Positions 49,201 to 60,379 are shown, counted from the stretch's first letter. The stretch is 64,000 nt of DNA from Phoronis australis (GCA_002633005.1 NMRA01000101.1:310001-374000), one strand, 5' to 3'. The notes: generated from the letters alone by a model not told the origin. Numbers and translations are program-made.

Positions 49201-52200
49201 GTATGTAGTGTACATTTTTTACGTATTTGGTAAGTAATTAAGTAATTACGCAATTTCGTGTTCATCAATGAGACAACAACCTTCAACACAACACTTGACA
49301 AATAGCTGGTAATGTTCCGTGGCGAGAGGGGAGTCGATGCTTAAGTACTATAATCACCCCTGGATCTGCCTTCGGTATGTAGTGTACAAATGATACGTGG
49401 CTGGTAAATAATCACTCAATCTCGTGTCCATCAGTGAGACAAAAACCTTCAACACACAACTTGACCAATAACTCCAATGTTTCTCAGATATACCTGTTTA
49501 AGGTTTTGCTTTGTTTTAACATCGATTCATCATAAAATCAAAACCTTAAACACTAAAACAATGACGTAATTATGTCTACATACCGCCAGTTTGTTCATCA
49601 AAGAGGTCATTATCGTCACCGTCGTCTTTCTTGCACTTCGCCCTCTTGAGGTCCTTGTTGGCGCACTTTGCTGATGAGAAGGCACACCTGAGAACATCAA
49701 TTATGGCAAATTTTGCATTTTTAATAAAAATTTAGCAATTTAATTAATAGTATATCAGAACCTAGAAATAATTGATGTTAGTAACCAACAGTTATGAGTA
49801 TATTCTCAGAGTCTTTGTACTTTTGTTAGTGAGGTTTGATACTTTTGCAAATATAGTTGTTTGAAGCGTAAGACCAAATTTGTGACTTAAATCTTTCAAA
49901 ATGTAAGTCACAAATTTGGTCTGTTTCATTAAGAATAACTAACAGACTTTTGGATTTCATCAGTGTCCTGACTGGACCACATCAATGACATTTATAGAGT
50001 ATGTAAGCGTCCCACGTTAGTTTTATTTAAGTTTGAAGTTGCAGTTTTGGCCCGCTGAAAAGTAACGCTTGCCATCTGGCTGTAAAAACACTTGTACCGG
50101 TGCACAAATGCACGGGCGCACCGAGGAGCGGATTGATCTGCGTTTTGATCGTTGACTTTGTTTCCCTGGATAGAATAATCTGGGTTTTATTTGTTTATAT
50201 TTACAACTTTTCCTTTGAGTAGAAGTCTAATGACTTATATTTTGTTGATATTTATGTTTGTTTATATCTATGTGGTAGCATGCTACCAGCCATATGCCCC
50301 ACCTTTGCCTGGCACCACGATGCGTGTAAAATTGTGGGGCTACTTTATACGCACAAAATGCATTTCGTCTAGTCCTATGCACTCACTTGTTTCGGTAGGC
50401 ATTGCCGTCCTTATCACAGACTTTCTGCTCAGGTAAAGCAGCACAGTCAACGGTCTTCATTTTGAGACACATGCGTTCAAATTTGCTCATTCTTGTAGGC
50501 TTCGGTTCACTGGTAGGTTTTGGCTCTCGAGTGGGGTTTCCTGAACCTTCTTCACAGTCTTCCCTTTCCAAAGTCTGGTCAATGCACTTAGCCTTTCTAA
50601 ATTCACATCTACATAACGAAGTTAACGTCATCAGTGCAAACGATTTTTGACAATTGTAAATGTGATATATGATAAGCTTATTTAGGATTGATGAGGCAAT
50701 CGAACTAAAAATGACGTTCATTTATAGCTTCGCACTTAAATCATAAAATCCAGTTGGCAAGCAGGAGTTAGATCGAGAATGTTCGCAGGCAAATATTCAA
50801 CGAGGATGACGTACTTGTTTCTGTATTTGTTGCCGTTTTTGTCGCAGACAGTTTTCTCTTCTTGTTTAGCACAGTCTGCCTTGGCTATCTTTTCGCAAAG
50901 CTTTTGCTTTTTGTCCTCTGAAAACACAAAAATCATAGAAAAATATCAGCAGCGTAAGAGTACTAACATACAGAAGTCTTTTACGATTGACCTGTCAATT
51001 GATTCAAATAGCTATTTGGTGGAGTAGGTAGGTCGTCAGTCTTCAAGTTGACTTGTAATTTCACCCGTCTTTCGCCTTCACTACATTCAAGATGTTTACT
51101 ACTCACGTCCTACATGTGAAGATCAGTGTGAAGACCAATGGCAGATTTGTGGCCTTGTTTCTTGTTAGTTGATACGTTAAATCTACATTGCTCCCTGCTT
51201 ATCGTATTGTGCCTTTTATTATCATAAAATTGGTCTCACAAATTCCTTACCGTGACACAATTCTGTTTTCTTTACCTATTCAAGCCGCAATTTTAGGGTT
51301 GCCAACGCCTTTAACTCGGAAGCATTTTCCCGAAACGCTGACGGTTTCGTTGTTCACGTTGACAGCAGAAATCAAATCGTATCATGACAAGGGGTACTAC
51401 GAGACCAATTTTACGAGCTTAAGTGACTTGAAATAAATTTTGGCAGTTACACAGGGCGAAATACATTTATTAATGAACGGGTCTAACCTTCGTCATAAAG
51501 TGAGTCGTCTGTCTTGCACTTGGCAAACTTGAGCTCCTTGTTGGCACATTTGGCCTTCATAAACTCGCATCTGAAACATAAATGTTAACCAATATAATTT
51601 ACAACTCCATAAACTGACGGCAATTGAAAAGTTGACTTGCCGCCCACGATGTTCCCAAGAGTGTCTCCCATATACCTAGAAGGGAGATGCCACCACACCT
51701 TCAAAATCCAGACCAACTCAATAAAATGATAACCTGGAAAATGAATTTAACAAACAATACCATCATGCGACAACACTACTCTCGTTTACCAACCAAAGAC
51801 GATACTATCGATGCCACAAGGCTATACCCAGACGAGACGATACCAGACAAGGTAAAATGCCTTTAAGCTCTCACCGAGACGATACCCAACTGGAGAGGGA
51901 AAGAAATCCACCTGAAACGCTGGAGGGTCGTCTCAATCAACCTTTGCTTTGGGAGAACTCCCTGACACGTGAAAGCATAAGATTTCAACCTTTCGATCAG
52001 AACACGTACTGATTAAATATTCATCCTGTATTTATTTCCACTAACATGTACCTAAGTCAATCGTCAGCATACCTGTTTTTGTATTCGTTTCCATCAGCGT
52101 CGCACATCTTGGCTCCTGGAACGCGCGCACAATCAGCCTTCTCTAAACGATCGCAGGGTGGGTTGGGGTGGACAACACGGGTGGGTCTGACTCCTGACTC

Positions 52201-55200
52201 GTCAGTAGGTGGTCTCGTGGGGGGAGGGCAGCGAGCGGGCTTCAGATCGGGGTCGGCACATCTGGCTTGAGCAAACTCGCATCTTTAATTGAAATGGGCG
52301 ACGGATGAATACGCACAGCGTTGAATTTGTTGCAGAGTTGCCGAAAAAATATTAGAAACGTCATCAATAATATCGTGTATGCGAATTAAACGGTGGCACT
52401 TGGTATTATAGTTAGTGGTTTAAACGTGCACACTAAACGTTCTAGCTTTCCAGAAGTAGAATCTGTGAAATCCCACATTGATATTCCTGCGTGCCAAAGT
52501 CAATTACTTTTCGTTAAAGTATATCAAAATTAGTTCGAAGATTTCACCTTTTCTCTCATTTTGTCGTGAATAGAGACCTGCCATTGGCCACCATGAATAT
52601 TTCAATACAGAATGGTACGAGGTTCTTACGCATTGTAGACAGTTCCGTCGGCGTCGCACATGCGCCTTCTCGATCTGTCCTGACTGCAATCGTGTTTCAT
52701 GATTTCAACGCAGCGTGTCGGGTCAGGTGTTCCTTCTGGGCGTGTTGGTCTTGGGCAGCGTGCAGGCTCGAGGGTGTTGTCGGCACACCTGGCCTTCGTG
52801 AACGCGCACCTGTTGAGGAGAGCTCTGTCAGTCAGTCACCTTGTTCAATATTCGTGTCATCAAACATCGTTACTTACAACAACGGTCTGTATGGTTACGA
52901 ATACAGAACCACTTCCACTCTTCCTTTAGCTTATTAATGCTACCCAAAGTCGTTCACTGCCAATAACCAATCTTTCACTACACGTTATTTATTAGTGAAA
53001 TGCGAGCTATTCGTGTATTGTGTGTTTTAAGTATCAATGCAAGCAAAAGGTGCCCCTTTCCTCCGCCCTGGGGTTTCTAAACCTTCCTGTTGCTATAGAC
53101 AGATAGATACCTGTTGAGGTACATTTTTCCACTTTTGTCACACACTCTCATTGGTCGGAATCTCCTGCAGTCTACTTTGGCGATAGAGTCACATCGAGGA
53201 TCTGAAAAAAGACACATAACCATACGCATTATTCTTGAAAGATTTTTTTCGACTGTCTTGATTTTGTCATACATTATCTATTTTTGCATACGTCCCTTGA
53301 TAATTATGTAACGGAATTATGTCCCGGGATAATTATGTAACGCCTTCGAAACTCTATTTCTTGAGACCTAAAAGCGTATTTCTTAAATGTTGCTTCGGCA
53401 ACCATACTAAGTTTCGTATGACAAATGACAATTTTATCCGTTTGCCATCATTCGCCCCATAACCAAGGGAGACTGGCTTCATCGACAACATTAAACTCTT
53501 TCAGTCTATATTTGTTTTTCTGATATTGCTGAAGTGTTTCACTCTCATTTCTAGGTGTGTGAGCACACATGCCGTGACGCCTCCGGCCAGCAGTCTTTCT
53601 CTCAGTTGGTGCATCTGCCCTTAGAGTCGCGCATGCGCTTTGTTCAATACACCTGCAGCCGACTTATGGAAAAGGCAGTAGATCCATTTTTTCGAAAAAC
53701 CTTTGCTCAAAACTTCTGGAACTTTACAAGTTGACGCATAGATCACATTCGCTTGTCATATCCTGCTCAGAAGTATAGCAGCGGCCACGCCTTTGAAAAC
53801 ATGATCAACTATATGATGCATGTTTTTATCTCCACAAGAGATAAGTTGAATTCGGGATGTGCATATGGCAATTATTGTTAATATCCCAATGTGCAATACC
53901 TATACCACTAGTGTCTAAGAATGATACGGGACAGTTGTAATATAAATAAAATCTCACCCTCGTCATAAAGCACGTCGTCTGTCTTGCACTTGGCAAACTT
54001 AAGGTCCTTGTTTGCACATTTGGCTTTCATGAATTCGCATCTACAAATAATTTATTGTTCTAACAATAAATTGGTTAAAATCAATCAAGTTAGCACGTGT
54101 CAATAATTTGAGGCTAAGTGAACATGTTGACATGTAGACCTCAGCTTACTTGTTGTTCTTGTTGTTTAGTCGTTGTGCTTAATGGTTTTAACAGCACCAC
54201 AGAGGCTCGTTACCAAGTGTACTGTTGTATTTAAACACATTGGATTCCAATAAAGTTTTGAGATTACTTTAAATTTTGCTTAGTAGCAGATGATATAAAA
54301 TACATCATAGCATTGACTGCGACATTGTCTGTCAAAGCATAGATCCAATCATTAAATCAAAGTTTTGATCGATCTATGATCCATTCAGAAGTTTTAACTG
54401 CACCTGCATTTTTGTCGAAAACTTGTCTAAGACCACTATCAACATACCTGTTGCTGTATTCATTTCCATCAGCGTCGCACACCTTGCCTCCTGGCATGCG
54501 TGCACAATCAGCCTTTTGCAAACGCTCACATGATGGGTTGGGGCGGACACCACGGGTGGGTTTGACTCCTGACTCGTCAGTAGGTGGTCTCGTGGGGAGA
54601 GGGCAGCGAGCGGGCTTCAGTTTGGGGTCAGCACATCTGGCTTTTGCAAATTCGCACCTTTAATTAAAATGGGTGACTGACGAAAACGCGTAACGTTGAA
54701 TATATTGTAGAATTGCCGATGTATTACAAAACATCATCAGCAAAATCTTGTACGGTAATTAAACGGTGGCATTTGGCCATACAATTAGTGGAATAAACGT
54801 GCACACTAAACGTTGCAGCTTTAGGGCTGAAAATACCAAAAAGTAGAAATTGTTATATTCCCCATTGATATTCACACGTGCTAAAGTCAATTACGTTTCA
54901 TTAATGTATGTCGAAATTGGTAGGAAGATTTCACTTTTCTCTCATTTTGTCTTTACTAAAAGCCTGCCAATGGCCATTTTAATTATTTCAAGAAGGGTAG
55001 GTGGTTCTTACTCGTGATAGACCTTGCCATTGGCGTCGCAAATACGTCTTCTCGACCTGGCCTCACTGCAATCGTGTTTCATGATTTGAGCACAGCGTGT
55101 CGGGTCAGGTGTTCCTTCTGGGCGTGTTGGCCTTGGGCAGCGTGCAGGCTCGAGGGTGTTATCGGCACACCTGGCTTTTGTAAACTCGCACCTAGAAAGA

Positions 55201-58200
55201 TAGAACTGTAAGTTAGTCATCTTTTCTGTATTTGTGCTCAATGAATTTATATATATGCCTACGTTTGCCTTAATAATTTTGTGCTTTTGGATTAACGAAA
55301 TCTCTACAGCCGGATGGACTGAAACGGTCAGCTAGCTAAATCTTGCAACTACCACAGAAGTGTCGTCCACAATTCTGTGGAGTTAATGGGGTTCACCAGA
55401 GCGACAGATCAGTTTGGGATATATTGTAAAACAACTCTGCAGAGCTATCGAAGAACAGCAAAAACGTCGTAAACAGTTAAATACTCTGAGTCTGTCAAAG
55501 TTAGGAACATCAATCGTGCGTATTACATACAGGCAGATATCTATAAACTCGTGTTCCGTCGAAGAAACTCACTTTTGATTTAGACTGTTTACCGCCATAA
55601 AATTAGTCTCAACTTGTTGCTTACTGAGTCCGACGAGAAGTGATTTACAGATTTGCTATGTGGCCGTACTCCACGAATATGAGACACCATGACAAATCAG
55701 CTTATTAAGACTTGTTGCCAAGCAATAACGAACTATCAGTTCTTTCCAAGCCAAGAAATTACATCTATTTTGACCACGGGAAAAAGTTGAAACCACTCTG
55801 ATAGCGGTAAGTCCTCTATGGCTGAAGGTGTGTTTGTTTATCTGACTTTTAAGTCGGATAATACCGGGCATTGTATTGTCATAAAATCGGTCTGAGAATT
55901 TCATTTCCGTTACTATCTAAGAAAGATACCGTTTGGCCTATTGCATATATTAAAAACAACTTCCCCGCCTAATTCCCTGAAACAAAACAATACTCTGTAA
56001 ACCTCGACAAGCCTCAAAAGTTTATAGGAAAAATTGAAAAAACTCCTTTCGACATCTGCTAAACGGGCAAGCGTGACCTACATTTTTAGCTAATCACAAG
56101 ACAGCTGTGAGGAAAGACCATTCACTAAGAACCGTAATAAACAATGACCTAGGGAGAAGGAGGTTTTAGTGGATTCCTGTTTTTTATCTTTGAAGATTGG
56201 CGCTAATGATTCATTCAGAATGAGGATTGCATGAAATCTTAAAAACAGCATTTAATATCCTTTTAAGTTACGGGCAATGCGTACATGTGCCATCTTCGAA
56301 GTTGCAATTTAAAGTTGACCAACCTCAGCAAATTCTGAAACGTTTTCTTGAGTCGATGTTCTAGTTGGTAACGAAATGGTAATCCGATCATTTAAGGATT
56401 ATTATGAGATCGATTTTATGAGAGTAAAACTTAAAATTTGGTTCTCGTTTTTAGCACGCTAAATAGAGGGAAATGCAACTTAAACATATTTGGGAATTTT
56501 TTTGGTTCTCTTACAAAACATTCCATAATGTTATTATGCCATGAAAATCAAAATACCTGTTTTTGTAGACTTTTCCATTTTTGTCACACACCCCCCTGTG
56601 TGGTCGGAACCGGTCGCAGTCTACTTTTGCGATGGTATCACATCGAGTTTTCTTGTCTGTTTCCTCGTCAAACAGGTCGTCAGTGCTTGCCTTACATGGA
56701 CCCATTCTCAGATCATGATCGGCACATTGAGCTTGAAAGAATGCACACCTGGAAGGACGCATTTACTGATTATGACACAGGATAATTTTTTCGCAGCCTG
56801 CTACAAGACATCAGTGCAGCGTTTTGTATGGTGCCATGCTTATTTTGTCACTTTTATGCAGGTTGACGAATTGAAGTTGAATATATACGTGTATGATGCA
56901 CGAAGGTTCACCCGACGCCAATACAACGTCGATAGTAGTGACGTCGCACGCATCATATAAAACAACGTCAACACGACGTCGTTCTGCTGACAACTGTTTG
57001 AAATTAGAAATCTGGAAATCTTGCTTTTGGCTACGGTTTGAATTTGATTTCGTCATAACGTCAAAGTAAAAAATCTAACGTCAAGACTACTTCGGTTCTT
57101 GGTCATGTCAAAATTCGGCGCCTACAGGTCGAGACGTAATTTTGGAAGTCGATATGCTGTGCGTGAACTTGGAATCCTGCTTAATCTCAAGATCGCGTAT
57201 TCGTGAACTTGGAATACACGAGGAAACTTGACTAGTTCACTCAAATAATTACGTTCAAGTTGATAAAAAATTTGCACTGCACTAAATCAAATTACATGTT
57301 AATAAAATAATGTAAATTTCAACCAACCGTTTTTCAATTATTGACGACATTATTCACCGTATAATAACTTATTAATTTAACCATTCACATATTCCACCGA
57401 TTCTGTGACAAAGCTACAGTAAAGGAAAAAATGGATGATGGTGAGGCCAATAATTGCACAAATTCTTCACACTGCATGCGCGCACCCAAGAGGGGTGGGG
57501 GGAGGGGCTCGAACGCCCCCCCCATTTGGCGAAGTGGGCAAAAAGGTCCAAAGGTCCGCCTCAAAGAAACAAAAAGTCCGAGAAAACGAGACAAAAGTCC
57601 ACTAAAAAGGTGCAGACGCACAGTGAAGGTGGTACCTCGTTTTTTTAGTCCTCCCGCTTTTTTGTCAGCAGAAGGTCCACATCGCCAGAAATACGAGCCC
57701 CCTTATTAAAGGCTGGGTGCGCGCATGTACCGAACAAAAACTCACCTTATTACCTTAATGAATATTCAGTTCCAAGTTCACACACAGACTATTGCACGAT
57801 CAGACCGTCGTTGTCAGCTAAGCGCTTGTTTTCTGTGGCTGATTGTGTATTTTGTGCGGAGTTGAAGAGTCCAAATAATTGTAGCGTGCAACCGTACGAT
57901 TAGACTACATGTGGTTACAGAAGGGATGAGTTCCGTCAGACTAGTTTCTTGCGAGTTTGGCTAAATCATGCAAGTCTTCGCGAGATAAGAATGCGCATTA
58001 CCAAAGGGAAGCACGTGATCTCCAGTGGAAATTGATTATATTTTTAACAGGGGGAGGGGCTTAATTAAAAAACCTAATTCTTTTCTAAGGATATTTATCG
58101 GGTAAATGTACTTCTAACCAATTGAACCCGAAACAGTCCAATTAGAGACGCAATGTTGTCAACAAATGGGTACACTCTACTGAAATTTTTAATATGCAAG

Positions 58201-59045
58201 ACATTGAAAACCTTTCAGTAGATTTGTGTAGTTGAAAAAGGAACCTTTTTCCCAAAGTGAACCCTTTTGTCAAAAACTTTGTCGGAAAAGGCACCTTTCG
58301 CTGGGAATTTTGCCAGGACATGAAAGAGTCGTTATTCTGAACCTCACGTCCCGTATAGCTCTTTTACAGGGTTACCCCAGAGACGTCACCACGCTAGCTT
58401 GCACTCCTGAATATCCTGCGTTACGGAACAGGTCTTAGGTAAGAATGAGTGAGATATGTAAAGTGTCTACTGAAAATAGGAAAGATGCCGGAGATGACAA
58501 GCCAAAGGAAACTCTTCACTTAGTACAAAATGCGAGAACCAGTTTTTACCTATTTACAATAAAACTGTGCGATACTATGCCGTATTTAAGTCCTCATTCA
58601 AAGTAAAAAGTCTACAAATTCTACCCCTTAATGTAATTTTTCCTAAATGTTACTGCTTTTTCCATTAACCCTTTTTCCTGCTAAACGAATACAGATGTTT
58701 GTTTCAATCAGCATACAGTCAAATGATCACAACCGTGATTTGTGCATATATGTGTGGCGGACGGGATTCAATACGCACTTGTTGATGTACTCTTGTCCAT
58801 TAGAGTCGCAGACTTTCTTCCAGCCTCCTTCACGGGAACAGTCTTTTTTCAGCTTTTCCTGACACCTCGTGTTCAGTTTAGTCATCTTGTCACCAGATCC
58901 CTCGTCCGGTTTAGTGGGCTTGACGCAATCAGCTGGACGCAGACTGCTGTCACTGCATCGGGCTTTCCTCAGCTCACACCTTTGAAATCAAATCTCGCAA
59001 CTTGAAGACATTTAGCAATATGTATATAATAATAATATTTATTAC

Positions 59046-59085
<40 letters not shown>

Positions 59086-60311
59086 TATTATTTATTCGTT
59101 TCTTCGTCTAACGTGCTTCAAATTTGTGACAGAATTTCCGTCAAACATGCGTTTCCACTTTCAGCGTGAAGAATATGATTCGTGGCTGAACCATACCTCC
59201 AGATAAACATGTTTTACGAAACAAAACACGGTGACTCGTGTATAACGTACTTCATTTCAACATATTTCCATTTTGAAAACCATGTGGAAGAATTCCACAC
59301 AGTGCCAAGTAAACCAATACGGGTAATTAAAAGTCGAAGTTCGGTCATTACTTTTCTTTCTAAACACATCTCTGCACGGGAATTAAAGCGGTTCCAGATT
59401 GCGTCACAATCCTACACTAGAATCAAATAAAGCTGCACATTTTATTTTGAAACAAAATGCCATTACTTACATGTTCCTGTATACCTTGAAACAAAATGAC
59501 ATTACTTACATGTTCCTGTATACCTTGAAACAAAATGCCATTACTTACATGTTCCTGTATACCTTGCCGCTCCTATCACACACCTCATCATCCTCAAATC
59601 GATCACAACCCACTCGGGCTATTTCTTCGCACGAATTTCTGCTATGGGCGAAACAGACTGAAAAAAGGAACAATTTATTTTATTTCGACGGTTGAGAGAA
59701 TATGTATTCGGAAGAGAAATGGGCCAAAAAGGAACCTGCTCTGAAATAAATGTTGTCATTAAACTGATATCGAACGCACGTGTTTTTAATCCACTGAATA
59801 TTATGGCATAATCAAGAATAATGTAACAAATATGCAAATGCTCCATTTCTTTTAAGTAGTTACTATAATCAAGTGAACGTTGTCCACATTAAACTCAGCC
59901 TCGGTGTGGGATTATTTAATGTTAAACATGTGTATTAGTTCAAAACTAGCAGGATATTAAATCCGGTAGCGTGATGTTTTCGCTGCTATGGCTACATAAG
60001 CAGGAAATAATGGATTCTGGCACTAAATGTGAAATGTTTATGTTTAGTCAAAAAGGTCCAAGTTCATCTCAACATTCACAAACACAAACATGTCTTTAAA
60101 CTGATTATCGAAGGACACAACTTACAAATTCTCACCGTCGACTGACAACAGCTAATAAAACCATGTCTTCAAACTGACTATCCAAGGACATAGTTTACAG
60201 ATACTGACCACCGACAACAGCTAATTTAGCAGTGTCTTCAAAGTGATAATCTAAGGACACAATTTGCAAATACTCACCGCCGACAACAGCCAATAGAGTA
60301 ATGAGTCTCAT
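37097..60311 (-). CDS. Secreted multi-domain protein with 17 atypical Kazal-like domains and a His/Gly/Lys-rich tail (about 1287 aa, 28 coding exons)
   Basis: Signal peptide MRLITLLAVVGVCFA; repeated C-x7-C-x8/9-C-D-x2-G-x2-Y-x-N-x-C-x6-C-x9-C. All 28 exons have AG/GT(GC) ends and compatible phases, total 3864 nt, and end at TAG 37099-37097. Confidence 0.88.
37939..38031 (-). CDS. Kazal-repeat gene exon 27 (tail repeat)
   Basis: ERMTRPPHGHGSGDEPKPTRENPGHKFGQK; 93 nt, phase 1-1. Confidence 0.82.
38927..39019 (-). CDS. Kazal-repeat gene exon 26 (tail repeat)
   Basis: ERVTRPPHGHGSGDEPKPTRKHPGLKLGQK; 93 nt, phase 1-1. Confidence 0.82.
39645..39739 (-). pseudogene. Probable dead or poison copy of the tail-repeat exon
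   Basis: 95 nt from the cAG acceptor (siblings are 93 nt), so it frameshifts. It ends in T, so the in-frame alternative makes a T|AG stop at the next junction. Confidence 0.6.
40271..40392 (-). CDS. Kazal-repeat gene exon 25
   Basis: CAFSKAQC...RCARDDDVDDDDDEDGHGRKLGHK; phase 2-1. Confidence 0.85.
40827..40989 (-). CDS. Kazal-repeat gene exon 24
   Basis: HPRGTRPPPGSGEEPKPT...VCDKDGKEYTN; phase 1-2. Confidence 0.85.
41261..41370 (-). CDS. Kazal-repeat gene exon 23
   Basis: CAFTVAKC...EDVDDNDDDLFDEHPR; phase 2-1. Confidence 0.85.
42726..42947 (-). CDS. Kazal-repeat gene exon 22
   Basis: CAFKKAQC...EDGSGK...FCDSNGNEYRN; phase 2-2. Confidence 0.88.
43440..43539 (-). CDS. Kazal-repeat gene exon 21 (GC donor)
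   Basis: AKKQKCTTLEKTDC...VCDKTGKKYRN; donor AG|GCAAGT; phase 1-2. Confidence 0.8.
44119..44222 (-). CDS. Kazal-repeat gene exon 20
   Basis: Paralogue of exon 14; phase 2-1. Confidence 0.85.
45001..45222 (-). CDS. Kazal-repeat gene exon 19
   Basis: Paralogue of exon 13 (EEGSGE); phase 2-2. Confidence 0.88.
45386..45488 (-). CDS. Kazal-repeat gene exon 18
   Basis: Paralogue of exon 12; phase 1-2. Confidence 0.85.
46765..46856 (-). CDS. Kazal-repeat gene exon 17
   Basis: CAFKKAKC...TDDSLFDERKRK; phase 2-1. Confidence 0.82.
47833..48054 (-). CDS. Kazal-repeat gene exon 16
   Basis: CQFAQARC...VCDSEGTEYEN; phase 2-2. Confidence 0.88.
48403..48588 (-). pseudogene. Dead (pseudo-)exon of the Kazal-repeat gene
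   Basis: Homologous to exons 3/5/9, but the acceptor position reads ttcAA rather than cAG, the donor reads ATAAGA rather than GTAAGA, and a conserved Cys is Trp (AKWADNT). Confidence 0.75.
48912..49011 (-). CDS. Kazal-repeat gene exon 15
   Basis: KKKTMCARIAKVDC...VCDKNGNKYAN; phase 1-2. Confidence 0.85.
49584..49687 (-). CDS. Kazal-repeat gene exon 14
   Basis: CAFSSAKC...DDGDNDLFDE; phase 2-1. Confidence 0.85.
50387..50608 (-). CDS. Kazal-repeat gene exon 13
   Basis: CEFRKAKC...EEGSGN...VCDKDGNAYRN; phase 2-2. Confidence 0.88.
50815..50917 (-). CDS. Kazal-repeat gene exon 12
   Basis: DKKQKLCEKIAKADC...VCDKNGNKYRN; phase 1-2. Confidence 0.85.
51488..51570 (-). CDS. Kazal-repeat gene exon 11
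   Basis: Paralogue of exon 7 (DDSLYDE); phase 2-1. Confidence 0.85.
52073..52282 (-). CDS. Kazal-repeat gene exon 10
   Basis: Paralogue of exon 6; phase 2-2. Confidence 0.88.
52630..52809 (-). CDS. Kazal-repeat gene exon 9
   Basis: Paralogue of exon 5; phase 2-2. Confidence 0.88.
53111..53201 (-). CDS. Kazal-repeat gene exon 8
   Basis: DPRCDSIAKVDCRRFRPMRVCDKSGKMYLN; phase 1-2. Confidence 0.85.
53958..54040 (-). CDS. Kazal-repeat gene exon 7
   Basis: CEFMKAKCANKDLKFAKCKTDDVLYDE; phase 2-1. Confidence 0.85.
54448..54657 (-). CDS. Kazal-repeat gene exon 6
   Basis: CEFAKARC...VCDADGNEYSN; phase 2-2. Confidence 0.88.
55012..55191 (-). CDS. Kazal-repeat gene exon 5
   Basis: CEFTKARC...ICDANGKVYH; phase 2-2. 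Confidence 0.88.
56557..56748 (-). CDS. Kazal-repeat gene exon 4
   Basis: CAFFQAQC...TDDLFDEE...VCDKNGKVYKN; phase 2-2. Confidence 0.88.
57475..57727. mobile_element. MITE with CATGCGCGCACCCA TIRs
   Basis: catgcgcgcaccca ... tgggtgcgcgcatg perfect 14-bp TIR; internal aaggtcc repeats. Confidence 0.75.
58779..58979 (-). CDS. Kazal-repeat gene exon 3
   Basis: CELRKARC...DEGSGD...RCQEKLKKDC...VCDSNGQEYIN; phase 2-2. Confidence 0.88.
59036..59096. repeat. (TAT)n microsatellite
   Basis: Imperfect TAT run. Confidence 0.9.
59447..59566. repeat. 39-bp tandem repeat x3 spanning the exon 2 splice donor
   Basis: ttgaaacaaaatg.cattacttacatgttcctgtatacc occurs three times. Confidence 0.95.
59549..59657 (-). 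CDS. Kazal-repeat gene exon 2
   Basis: VCFAHSRNSCEEIARVGCDRFEDDEVCDRSGKVYRN; phase 1-2. Confidence 0.88.
60092..60295. repeat. About 70-bp diverged tandem repeat x3 spanning the exon 1 splice donor
   Basis: gtctt.aaa.tga..atc.aaggaca.a.tt.ca.at.ct.acc...gacaacagc.aat starting at 60092, 60165 and 60234. Confidence 0.8.
60278..60311 (-). CDS. Kazal-repeat gene exon 1 (MRLITLLAVVG, signal peptide)
   Basis: ATG at 60311, GTGAGT donor, phase 1. Confidence 0.8.
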
Positions 60312-60379
60312 CCTTTGCTTGTTCTCTACCACACGCAGAAGACGAGTTCCCAACTAAAGCATCCTTCTCCGCGGACTCC

